The notes: a model not told the origin generated them from the letters alone. 14,076 nucleotides of DNA from Vitrella brassicaformis CCMP3155 (GCA_001179505.1 CDMY01000871.1:1-14076), one strand, 5' to 3'; shown: positions 1 through 8,353, counted from the stretch's first letter. Program-made: numbers and translations.

Positions 1-1205
1 CCCTCCCACTCGCCTCGCCAAAAACGAAGAAAAGGGGTGCCCCACTTACGGGCGCCCGCACCACGCTCGCCGCCGCGGTTCATGGGGAAGAGCAGCAGGA
101 CGGGGATGTAGAGCAGCACCAGACAGGCCTTATCAGAGTCGCCCGCCGCCGTCGACTCAAACAGCCGCTCCACAGCCTCTACGACCTCCCGCAGGGCGAG
201 CCGCGCACACTGCGGGAGCCGCTCGATGGAGCGGATGGCGCGTTGGAAGTCCGCAAAGTGATCGGCCTCAGACCGGCCGGTCAAAATCTCCACTCCTGGG
301 GCCGGCAGGGCCCGATGCGATCGCTGCCAGTGGCCGTTAACAGAGTTCGTGGAGGGCGGGGGCGGAGGGGGAGGGCCTCCGGGCGGCCCACCGGGAGGGC
401 CCTGCCCACCAGGCGGGCCCGGTCTACCTGCCAGTGGGCGGCGAGGGCGCCACTGCTGGGATTGCCGACCTCCCCCTGACGGCGGCCGACTGCCGCGTCG
501 ATCTCCCAATTGTTGACGGCCCGCACCCCCGGCGCCTTGGGCGGCCTCGCCTGCCGCCCGCAGGCCATCTTGCACATTGCGCGGCTGGTCCGCTGCCTTG
601 TGTCTGCGCCGTTCTTCGGTCTTACGTTGTTGCCGCTCCTCGGTCTCACGCTGTCGCTGCGCCTCAGTCTCACGTTGTCGCCGCGCCTCGGCCTCACGTC
701 GTCGTTGCTCCGCGGTCTCACGCTCTCGCCGCGCCTCCTCGCCGCAACGCCCATGACAAAAGTCACCGCAGCTCAGGCAAGGGCCGTCTCCTTTCGCCCG
801 CCGAGATCGACGTCGACGGGTACCACATCGGCCGTGGCAGAACTGCCCGCAGCTGCCACACCGCCCGGCCAGCACATCCCGCGCAGACCGCCGCAGCGAG
901 CGGTCGCGGCACCTCCTAGTGCCCGTACGGCTCGATTCGTCAAGTCCGTTAGAGCCATCCACATCACCTGCACCCACACGCGTGTCCTCCTCTTCGCCCA
1001 TAGCGGCCCTCGTGCCGCCTGCGTTGGCCGCGGGGGCCGCCGAGCCGCTCGGCGTGTCGTTCCATGCATCGAGGATATCCCTGGCGTCGTGGAGGCCCTG
1101 GGGAGGGGCCGTGTTTGACGGGTCGAAGCCCTCCCGAGAAGTCATGTCGGCCAGGACCTCGAGCCGGCCTGGTGGGGCTCCCTCAGCAGCAATGAGCTCA
1201 TCCAG
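1..1205 (-). CDS. Continuation of the polyprotein, contig A; open to the window edge (not in the ORF track, which lacks a stop here)
   Basis: Manual translation from 1205: LDELIAAEGAPPGRLEVLADM...VNGHWQRSHRALPAPGVEILTGRSEADHFADFQRAIRSIERLPQCARLALREVVEAVERLFESTAAGDSDKACLVLLYIPVLLLFPMNRGGERGAGARKWGTPFLRFWRGEWEG. None of the differences from contig B creates a stop. Confidence 0.8.
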   Translation of the reverse strand, partial: MDELIAAEGAPPGRLEVLADMTSREGFDPSNTAPPQGLHDARDILDAWNDTPSGSAAPAANAGGTRAAMGEEEDTRVGAGDVDGSNGLDESSRTGTRRCRDRSLRRSARDVLAGRCGSCGQFCHGRCGTRRRRSRRAKGDGPCLSCGDFCHGRCGEEARRERETAEQRRREAEARRQRETEAQRQRETEERQQRKTEERRRHKAADQPRNVQDGLRAAGEAAQGAGGAGRQQLGDRRGSRPPSGGGRQSQQWRPRRPLAGRPGPPGGQGPPGGPPGGPPPPPPPSTNSVNGHWQRSHRALPAPGVEILTGRSEADHFADFQRAIRSIERLPQCARLALREVVEAVERLFESTAAGDSDKACLVLLYIPVLLLFPMNRGGERGAGARKWGTPFLRFWRGEWE

Positions 1206-1505
1206 NNNNNNNNNNNNNNNNNNNNNNNNNNNNNNNNNNNNNNNNNNNNNNNNNNNNNNNNNNNNNNNNNNNNNNNNNNNNNNNNNNNNNNNNNNNNNNN
1301 NNNNNNNNNNNNNNNNNNNNNNNNNNNNNNNNNNNNNNNNNNNNNNNNNNNNNNNNNNNNNNNNNNNNNNNNNNNNNNNNNNNNNNNNNNNNNNNNNNNN
1401 NNNNNNNNNNNNNNNNNNNNNNNNNNNNNNNNNNNNNNNNNNNNNNNNNNNNNNNNNNNNNNNNNNNNNNNNNNNNNNNNNNNNNNNNNNNNNNNNNNNN
1501 NNNNN

Positions 1506-3797
1506 GGCCGGTCAAAATCTCCACTCCTGAGGCCGGCAGGGTCCAATGCGATCGCTGCCAGTGGCCGTTAACAGAGTTCGTGGAGGGCGGGGGCGGAGGG
1601 GGAGGGCCTCCAGGAGGCCCACCGGGAGGGCCCTGCCCACCAGGCGGGCCCGGTCTACCTGCCAGTGGGCGGCGAGGGCGCCACTGCTGGGATTGCCGAC
1701 CTCCCCCTGACGGCGGCCGACTGCCGCGTCGATCTCTCAATTGTTGACGGCCCGCACCCCCGGCGCGTTGGGCGGCCTCACCTGCCGCCCGCAGGCCATC
1801 TTGCACATTGCGCGGCTGGTCCGCTGCCTCGTGTCTGCGCCGTTCTTCGGTCTCACGTTGTTGCCGCTCCTCGGTCTCACGCTGTCGCTGCGCCTCAGTC
1901 TCACGTTGTCGCCGCGCCTCGGCCTCACGTCGTCGTTGCTCCGCGGTCTCACGCTCTCGCCGCGCCTCCTCGCCGCAACGCCCATGACAAAAATCACCGC
2001 AGCTCAGGCAAGGGCCGTCTCCTATCGCCCGCCCAGATCGACGTCGATGAGTACCACATCGGCCGTGGCAGAACTGCCCGCAGCTGCCACACCGCCCGGC
2101 CAGCACATCCCGCGCAGACCGCCGCAGCGAGCGGTCGCGGCACCTCCTAGTGCCCGTACGGCTCGGTTCGTCGAGTCCGTTAGAGCCATCCACATCACCT
2201 CCACCCACACGCGTGTCCTCCTCTTCGCCCATGGCGGCCCTCGTGCCGCCCGCGTTGGCCGCGGGGGCCGCCGAGCCGCTCGGCGTGTCGTTCCATGCAT
2301 CGAGGATATCCCTGGCGTCGTGGAGGCCCTGGGGAGGGGCCGTGTTTGACGGGTCGAAGCCCTCCCGAGAAGTCATGTCGGCCAGGACCTCGAGCCGGCC
2401 TGGTGGGGCTCCCTCAGCAGCAATGAGCTCATCCAGAGACGGTTGAGGGCGAGCCGGGGGGGCAACGCGTGGCGGCCTGGCTGGCGGGGATTCGCCCCTG
2501 CTGCTCGCCGAAGGGGAAATGATCGCCAGGTGGGCTCCTGAGTCGATCCGGCGGCGACGATAGGCCGCCACAGCACGTTGCCGTTGGCGACGGCGGTCTT
2601 GGCGTTGCTCGGGTCCTGGCCCCTCACCGTCGATACGCGCCGCCAGTGCCAGGTCCGCTGCCAAAGCCGCCGACTCCGCCTCCAGGTCGTCGACGTCCAT
2701 CGGGACTTCCTCGCTGTGCGCGTCGGCCCGCCCGTTCTCGTCATCGCGTGAGGGCAGCGGGGCGGGCAGGGGAGGGGCGGCTGGGGCGCCTGGGGGGTCG
2801 TCATGGATCACGATCGGCGAGGCGGGGCCTCCATCTGCCTGGGCGTTGCTCGAGTCGCCGGCATCGTTTGCCTCCACCCAGTCGTCGTGCGGCCGGTCAG
2901 CAGGCAGCATGACGGCAAAGTGGCCGGGCATGTAGAGCACATGGATGGCAGGGCTGCCGGCGACTCGAAATTGTTGCTCTGGGTCGACGAACAGCCCGAT
3001 TGCCACGGGGAGGGGGGCGGTCGTCTCTAAAGACATACTCTCGTATACCCGGCAAACCACGATGGTCGCCCCGACAACGTTGGCCACCGACTGCACCTCG
3101 ATCTCGCTCAGGCCTCTTCCAAGCCGGATGCCTTCAATGTAGGCCTCGGTGCCGATCCCCTGAGGCTGGACGGCGGCAAATTCACCCGCACCGCTGCGAC
3201 GCCGAAGGTCATCCACGAGGTGCCGGCGAACGGCGGCAGGGGACGGCAGCGCGTCGCCGAGGCGGTCCGCGGGGGGCAGACCGTCTGCTGCGCGCCGACG
3301 ACGATGAGCTTCAAGCTGGCGGAGGACAGCTCGAAGCAGGCAGTTGTTCCCCTCGGCGTTCTCGTCGATCACGCGGAAGAGAGGGCGCACCGCCCCTCCA
3401 TGGGACACTAGGGCAGCGCCATGGGCGACGAACTGGCGAAGAGAGGGGAGGATACAGGGGAAGTTTGCACCGGCCAGGCTCCCGACCCGCAGCAGGTCCT
3501 CCAGGCCGTAGTCCTCTGGGTTCGCCAGCCATTGCCACTGCCCGACATCGAGGCGCCACAGGCCTTGATGCACACGCTGCATGTGGCGGGAGAACTCCGG
3601 CAGCGGCAGGAGCCCTTCACGGTGGCCCGGGAGCGGATGGGCTTGTAGCTGCGCAGGATGCCGCTGCAGGAGGTTCATCAGGATCTGGTGCCAGTGGAGG
3701 TGACCCGGCATGTGGCTGTAGGGGCAGATGACCTCGCCCGGCCGGTCGCGGCGGGCCTGCCGCAGACACTCTCGGCACATGCAGGAGCGGTACACAC
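1506..3797 (-). CDS. Middle part of the same polyprotein (OTU-like domain, acidic/Pro-rich linker, Zn motifs, coiled coil, Gly/Pro tract), contig B
   Basis: Open over the whole 2.3-kb contig; 2908-3797 re-reads 4098-4987 in the same frame (offset 1190). Confidence 0.8.
1851..1970 (-). repeat. Five degenerate 24-bp units encoding an 8-aa R/E/Q-rich coiled-coil repeat (620-739 in contig A)
   Basis: (T/C)CTCACG recurs at 1851, 1875, 1899, 1923 and 1947; protein ...RETAEQRRREAEARRQRETEAQRQRETEERQQRETEERRR. Confidence 0.85.
1975..2091 (-). other. Tandem CxxCxxxCHxxC putative Zn-binding motifs (also at 744-860 in contig A)
   Basis: CGSCGQFCHGRC (2056-2091) and CLSCGDFCHGRC (1975-2010); all Cys/His are kept in both variant copies. 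Confidence 0.65.
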
Positions 3798-4987
3798 NNN
3801 NNNNNNNNNNNNNNNNNNNNNNNNNNNNNNNNNNNNNNNNNNNNNNNNNNNNNNNNNNNNNNNNNNNNNNNNNNNNNNNNNNNNNNNNNNNNNNNNNNNN
3901 NNNNNNNNNNNNNNNNNNNNNNNNNNNNNNNNNNNNNNNNNNNNNNNNNNNNNNNNNNNNNNNNNNNNNNNNNNNNNNNNNNNNNNNNNNNNNNNNNNNN
4001 NNNNNNNNNNNNNNNNNNNNNNNNNNNNNNNNNNNNNNNNNNNNNNNNNNNNNNNNNNNNNNNNNNNNNNNNNNNNNNNNNNNNNNNNNNNNNNNNNCAT
4101 GGCGGTAAAGTGGCCGGGCATGTAGAGCACATGGATGGCAGGGCTGCCGGCGACTCGAAATTGTTGCTCTGGGTCGACGAACAGCCCGATTGCCACGGGG
4201 AGGGGGGCGGTCGTCTCTAAAGACATACTCTCATGTACCCGGCAAACCACGATGGTCGCCCCGACAACGTTGGCCACCGACTGCACCTCGATCTCGCTCA
4301 GGCCTCTTCCAAGCCGGATGCCTTCAATGTAGGCCTCGGTGCCGATCCCCTGAGGCTGGACGGCGGCAAATTCACCCGCACCGCTGCGACGCCGAAGGTC
4401 ATCCACGAGGTGCCGGCGAACGGCGGCAGGGGACGGCAGCGCGTCGCCGAGGCGGTCCGCGGGGGGCAGACCGTCTGCTGCGCGCCGACGACGATGAGCT
4501 TCAAGCTGGCGGAGGACAGCTCGAAGCAGGCAGTTGTTCCCCTCGGCGTTCTCGTCGATCACGCGGAAGAGAGGGCGCACCGCCCCTCCATGGGACACTA
4601 GGGCAGCGCCATGGGCGACGAACTGGCGAAGAGAGGGGAGGATACAGGGGAAGTTTGCACCGGCCAGGCTCCCGACCCGCAGCAGGTCCTCCAGGCCGTA
4701 GTCCTCTGGGTTCGCCAGCCATTGCCACTGCCCGACATCGAGGCGCCACAGGCCTTGATGCACACGCTGCATGTGGCGGGAGAACTCCGGCAGCGGCAGG
4801 AGCCCTTCACGGTGGCCCGGGAGCGGATGGGCTTGTAGCTGCGCAGGATGCCGCTGCAGGAGGTTCATCAGGATCTGGTGCCAGTGGAGGTGACCCGGCA
4901 TGTGGCTGTAGGGGCAGATGACCTCGCCCGGCCGGTCGCGGCGGGCCTGCCGCAGACACTCTCGGCACATGCAGGAGCGGTACACAC
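2908..4987. repeat. Near-identical direct duplication 2908-3797 / 4098-4987 flanking a 300-N gap
   Basis: Constant offset 1190; 4 substitutions found in 890 bp (2912, 2916, 3043, 3045). Confidence 0.95.
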
Positions 4988-5438
4988 ACGGGACGCGCTC
5001 GAAGGCGTCGGCCGGGTAAGGGTGAGAGCACCCGGGGCACACGGGGTGTTCGGGGTTGGCCGGAGGTGGGGCTAGCGGATCAACGGGGATCTCATCGAGG
5101 GAGTCCACACCGAGGACGCACTCGGGGCAGAACGCCTGGCGGCACAACGGGCAGCTGGCGTGCTGGCAGCCTCGGCGCCATGGGATCGGCTCCAAATGGC
5201 GGTGCCGATAGGGTTGCCGCCCTCGCTGGTCGCCGAGCTGCACCACGTAGAAGCGGCAGATCTCGTGGACGGGGGGATCCCGGCGGCGGCGGCCCTGCAC
5301 ACGGCCGCCCGGCGGTGGTGCAGCATCGCCCCGATGGACATTGACGAAGTCCGAGAGGGGCCGTGCCTCAAAGCAGATGTCGCATTGACGAGTGTCTTCA
5401 GCCTCGCAGGAAGGTGGCGGCGGTGGGCCGTCACTCAT
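4098..5438 (-). CDS. N-terminal part of the retroelement-like polyprotein (RING-like clusters + OTU-like domain), contig C
   Basis: Frame opens after an in-frame TGA near 5532-5534; first ATG at 5438 (MSDGPPPPPSCEAEDTRQCDIC...); the ORF track start at 5516 is a GTG. Open until the gap, ending ...AIHVLYMPGHFTAM. Confidence 0.8.
4107..4550 (-). other. OTU-like cysteine protease (deubiquitinase-type) domain; second reading at 2917-3360
   Basis: Three OTU-type motifs in the expected order and spacing: ENAEGNNCLLRAVLRQL (cf. DGNCLFRA; Cys codon 4530-4532), GLSEIEVQSVANVVGATIVV (cf. G..E..A.A......I.V) and AIHVLYMPGHF (cf. I.L.Y...HY; His codon 4110-4112). Confidence 0.75.
4902..5384 (-). other. 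Two RING-like/Zn-binding Cys-His clusters
   Basis: Cluster 1 (5118-5384): CDIC..H..HEIC...CQHASCPLCRQAFCPEC. Cluster 2 (4902-5039): CPGC-x13-CVYRSCMCREC-x12-CPYSH. Spacing is RING-like but non-canonical. Confidence 0.55.
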
Positions 5439-5472
5439 GCCTCGAGCCGGTGATGATGGCACACATGTCCGA

Positions 5473-5615
5473 GTGGCAAGCGAAGGCGTCACCTGTGTGG
5501 CAAGCGAAGGCGTCACCTGTGTGTCCGAAGTTCAAATCTCCCCTCCAAGTGTTATCCCGAGGCGCCGGCTCGGTAGCAGGATCCGGGAGGATGCCCGTAG
5601 CAGGATCCGGGAGGA
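5473..5615. repeat. Two pairs of 24-bp-period tandem repeats upstream of the polyprotein ATG
   Basis: GTGGCAAGCGAAGGCGTCACCTGT x2 (5473-5520), bracketed by TGTCCGA at 5466 and 5522; GTAGCAGGATCCGGGAGGA at 5573 and 5597. Confidence 0.9.
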
Positions 5616-5958
5616 GGACGCACGGGCCGGCTACTGCCTGGTTCGGCCGCCCCGCCTCACCGAGAGGACGGTACCGGCCTTGAACGAGGAGTGCTCACCC
5701 AATACGACAGGGGTGGGGGAAGATCCGCGTATCACTGAGACCGGAATGACAAGACGGATCTGATGGTGCTCCCTGTTGCCGCCCAAGGAGACCTCCTGAG
5801 GAGAAAATGGAAGATCTCCCCACTGAACCCTAAACCTCCGTCAGGTCCGAGGTGTGATCGCCCGGCTCCTCGACAAACTCTGCGTCGCATCCTGGTGCGG
5901 CTGACGGACGACAGCGAGAAAGAGAGCCACCTGGGAGTCCCCCCCACGCAGGAAACTC

Positions 5959-6648
5959 ATGGCTACGGTTACGGCGGCTTTCCAGATCCAAGGTCTCCAA
6001 CCGCAACAGTACACCTTTTGTTAGGATATCGTCGGCCGCAGTTTCGCCTGGGAAAAGGGCTGGCAGACGCTCGGCTGGCTGCTCATCGCACATGGGTGCA
6101 TTGTGGTGGCCGGATTCACCCTGTTGTTGCCGCACACGTTCATTGCCCGCGCGCACTTCGTGGATCAAATCATCGGCATCACCATGACTGCTGGCTTCCT
6201 CTATTGCACAACGAGAGCAGCTATGAGTCTCCCGGAGGATGAGAAGAAGGCCAAGCATGTCTGCCCCTGCCTGAAGACCGATGACGATAACACGCTGATG
6301 CTCGCCTTGGAGATTGCTGTCGAGGGTTTCTTCCTCTGGTGTCAACAGACCCTGTTCTGGGTACTGATCATCACGGTCGGTATCTATCTCCTCATCTGGT
6401 GGCACACCGAGAGCCAGGAGGAGCAGGCCAACCAAGCATACCAGAAGCTGACCCTCACCCCAACCATCCTGCTTGGGGTAGCAGACGTGCTGCTCAACTA
6501 CAGAGAGGCTCTGCAGAACATCACGGTGGCGGCATACAACAATGGCACCAACGGCACAATGACAGTCCACAACATCACAATGGGACTGCTGAACCTCACT
6601 GTCGTCGTACAAGGCGTCGTGTCGGACATCAAGAATTATACAGAGTAG
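5959..6648 (+). pseudogene. Multi-pass membrane protein of unknown family; either an intronless gene with a premature TAG (6022-6024) or a terminal exon starting at 6025
   Basis: ATG 5959 is in frame with ORF 6103-6648 but interrupted by TAG, which is also a plausible acceptor (CCTTTTGTTAG|GAT). There are 4-5 hydrophobic segments (e.g. WQTLGWLLIAHGCIVVAGFTLLL; LFWVLIITVGIYLLIWW) and six N-x-T sequons in the C-terminal ~45 aa. Confidence 0.55.
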
Positions 6649-6964
6649 CTGCTGGGGGTGGGGGNNNNNNNNNNNNNNNNNNNNNNNNNNNNNNNNNNNN
6701 NNNNNNNNNNNNNNNNNNNNNNNNNNNNNNNNNNNNNNNNNNNNNNNNNNNNNNNNNNNNNNNNNNNNNNNNNNNNNNNNNNNNNNNNNNNNNNNNNNNN
6801 NNNNNNNNNNNNNNNNNNNNNNNNNNNNNNNNNNNNNNNNNNNNNNNNNNNNNNNNNNNNNNNNNNNNNNNNNNNNNNNNNNNNNNNNNNNNNNNNNNNN
6901 NNNNNNNNNNNNNNNNNNNNNNNNNNNNNNNNNNNNNNNNNNNNNNNNNNNNNNNNNNNNNNNN

Positions 6965-7660
6965 GGGAGGGAGCGAGGGAGGGATCAGCACATATCAGCA
7001 CATACGGGAGGAGGGCAAGAGATCAGCAGCCACCACCACCACCAGCAGCAGCAGCAGCGAATGACGGGCCGAGGGAGGCATCAGCAGAGAGGAGGGGGAG
7101 GGAGGTATTTTAAGTGAGGGTGGCTGGGTGTTGATGGGAGGGTTCCGTCCGTCCATCCACATTGCTGTGTATATATGTATTTGTGCAGGGGAGGGTGGCT
7201 GGGTTGGTTGGTTGTATTTAGCTTACTCATCACACCACTCGTGTGTGTGGCTGACAGATTGACATCAATCACAAGCTACGGGCACGTGTGAAGCGAGGCG
7301 AGGCGGGCGAGCAGGGGTGTGTGTGCCGTGTCCTTTGTTTCGTCCCTTTTCTCGGTCTCTCATGTGTGTGCGTACGTATGTCTGTGTGGCTGTTTGACCT
7401 GTTCAGTTGGATCACTCAATGAAAAGATACACTCAGATAAAAAGACAGACAGACAGACAGACAGAAAGGGGCGTTTGTATGTTGTTGGGGGACATTCTTC
7501 ATTCAACGGACGACATCAGACAGTGTTGTCCTGGCCTCTGTCGTCCTTCACAGACATAAAAAAGCAACGGAACAGTACGCCGCACACAGACAGATCAATA
7601 AACGATGCAGTCGATAAGAAGAAGAATCACGTCGGTCGGTCGATATCAACACGTACGTCA
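6965..7660. other. Low-complexity non-coding sequence with CAC/CAG, GT and (GACA)n microsatellites
   Basis: Simple repeats at about 7030-7058 and 7444-7464; no coherent ORF or phase-compatible exon chain found. Confidence 0.6.
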
Positions 7661-7689
7661 TGGAGACGACCGCCTCGCCTGCCCTAGCT

Positions 7690-7829
7690 CTAGCTGAGAA
7701 GAGGCTGAGTTCCCTCAGGGGCTGCTCGGAGTTGCCTCCTCTCCGTGACGGAGCGCCACAACTTCACCACGAAACAGGCCCTCTCTCTCCGCCACGCCGC
7801 CTCCCGCTCAGGACTCCACAGCGGACCTG

Positions 7830-7863
<34 letters not shown>

Positions 7864-8337
7864 AGAGAGGGATAGTCAGTCAGTCAGTCAGACAATTCAT
7901 CTAAGTGTCAGTGTGTTGGTTTTTCCTCGACTCTCTCACCCAGCCAGATGGCGTATGCTTCGCGGTCGTGCATGTGGCATACGGCGCGGTGGGAGCCCGT
8001 TGCATCAATGAAGCGCACCTGTCCGTCCGAAACAACACCCCATGGAATGAATGAGTCCCCAGTGACTGACTGTCCGATCCCCCCGTTGGCTGACCAGCCT
8101 GTTGGCCTCCAGTCCGCGAGATTTGAACTTTTCCCATATCAGCTTCACTTGGCTGGACTCCCCTTCGGTTGAGATAAAGCGGCACAGCCGGCACACCTCT
8201 GGGTGGTTTTTGTATTACACCAGGACGTGCTTGTAGCCCTCGCACTCGTCAGGGAAGGGGCCTTGCCACCGAGGAGGACCGGGAGGCCGCTCGGAAACGT
8301 CAAATACCTTGAGAGGAAAGATGTCACAACGCCACAT
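7690..8337 (-). pseudogene. Three-exon gene of unknown function (about 152 codons) with an in-frame TAA at codon 41; exons 8337-8095, 8018-7940, 7826-7690
   Basis: ATG 8337 (MWRCDIFPLKVFDVSERPPGPPRWQGPFPDECEGYKHVLV*YKNHPEVCRLCRF...EANRL). GT-AG introns 8094-8019 (phase 0) and 7939-7827 (phase 1, (TG)n CTGCAG acceptor) join in frame to VRFIDATGSHRAVCHMHDREAYAIWLG|PLWSPEREAAWRRERACFVVKLW...PLLS*. TAA at 8215-8217. Confidence 0.55.
7833..7861. repeat. (CA)n microsatellite, i.e. (TG)n tract before a minus-strand splice acceptor
   Basis: About 14 CA units directly adjacent to the acceptor at 7827-7828. Confidence 0.95.
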
Positions 8338-8353
8338 TGAGGTTCGTGAACTA

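Larger units (their letters stand above)
275..2436. repeat. Near-identical direct duplication 275-1205 / 1506-2436 flanking a 300-N gap
   Basis: Constant offset 1231, no indels, about 20 substitutions in 931 bp by manual comparison (about 98%). Confidence 0.95.
1..5520 (-). mobile_element. 5' portion of a putative CRE-like (RLE-class) non-LTR retrotransposon, assembled as three overlapping variant contigs; RT/endonuclease predicted left of the window; 5' boundary uncertain (about 5520-5950)
   Basis: Single intronless minus-strand frame across contigs C, B and A in an otherwise intron-dense genome. Translation at the left edge is ...KACLVLLYIPVLLLFPMNRGGERGAGARKWGTPFLRFWRGEWEG, matching from memory the pre-RT motif of CRE-type elements. 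Overlapping copies differ by substitutions only. Short tandem repeats lie in the 5' region. No RT motif is visible in the window, so the class is inferred. Confidence 0.7.

Noticed and set aside
1-5438. Helitron, giant-virus or ordinary host deubiquitinase origin for the OTU ORF
   Set aside because: No Rep/helicase or viral genes in view; the ORF is intronless, present in variant copies, and ends in a CRE-type pre-RT motif. Not fully excluded until the RT is seen.
243-5453. Many plus-strand and alternate-frame ORFs over the element (e.g. 510-1118, 1741-2349, 3000-3731, 4190-4921)
   Set aside because: Shadow ORFs of a GC-rich coding strand; low-complexity translations with no motifs.
1198-5516. 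Treating the 865-aa and 612-aa ORFs as two separate genes
   Set aside because: They overlap by about 890 nt of near-identical sequence in the same frame and span N gaps; they are pieces of one ORF.
5473-5615. CRISPR-like array or other prokaryotic repeat system
   Set aside because: Only two adjacent units per repeat, no unique spacers, no cas genes, and the context is eukaryotic.
5392-6242. Plus-strand ORFs 5392-5763 and 5763-6242
   Set aside because: Largely translations of the 24-bp repeats and an off-frame overlap with the membrane ORF; no supporting motifs.
5830-6612. 260-aa minus-strand ORF
   Set aside because: Antisense to the more convincing membrane-protein frame; no recognisable features.
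5959-8337. TAA/TAG reassignment (alternative genetic code) suggested by two in-frame stops
   Set aside because: The 11 SF3B3 exons and the about 1000-codon polyprotein contain no in-frame TAA/TAG despite many Gln/Glu codons; isolated nonsense mutations are simpler.
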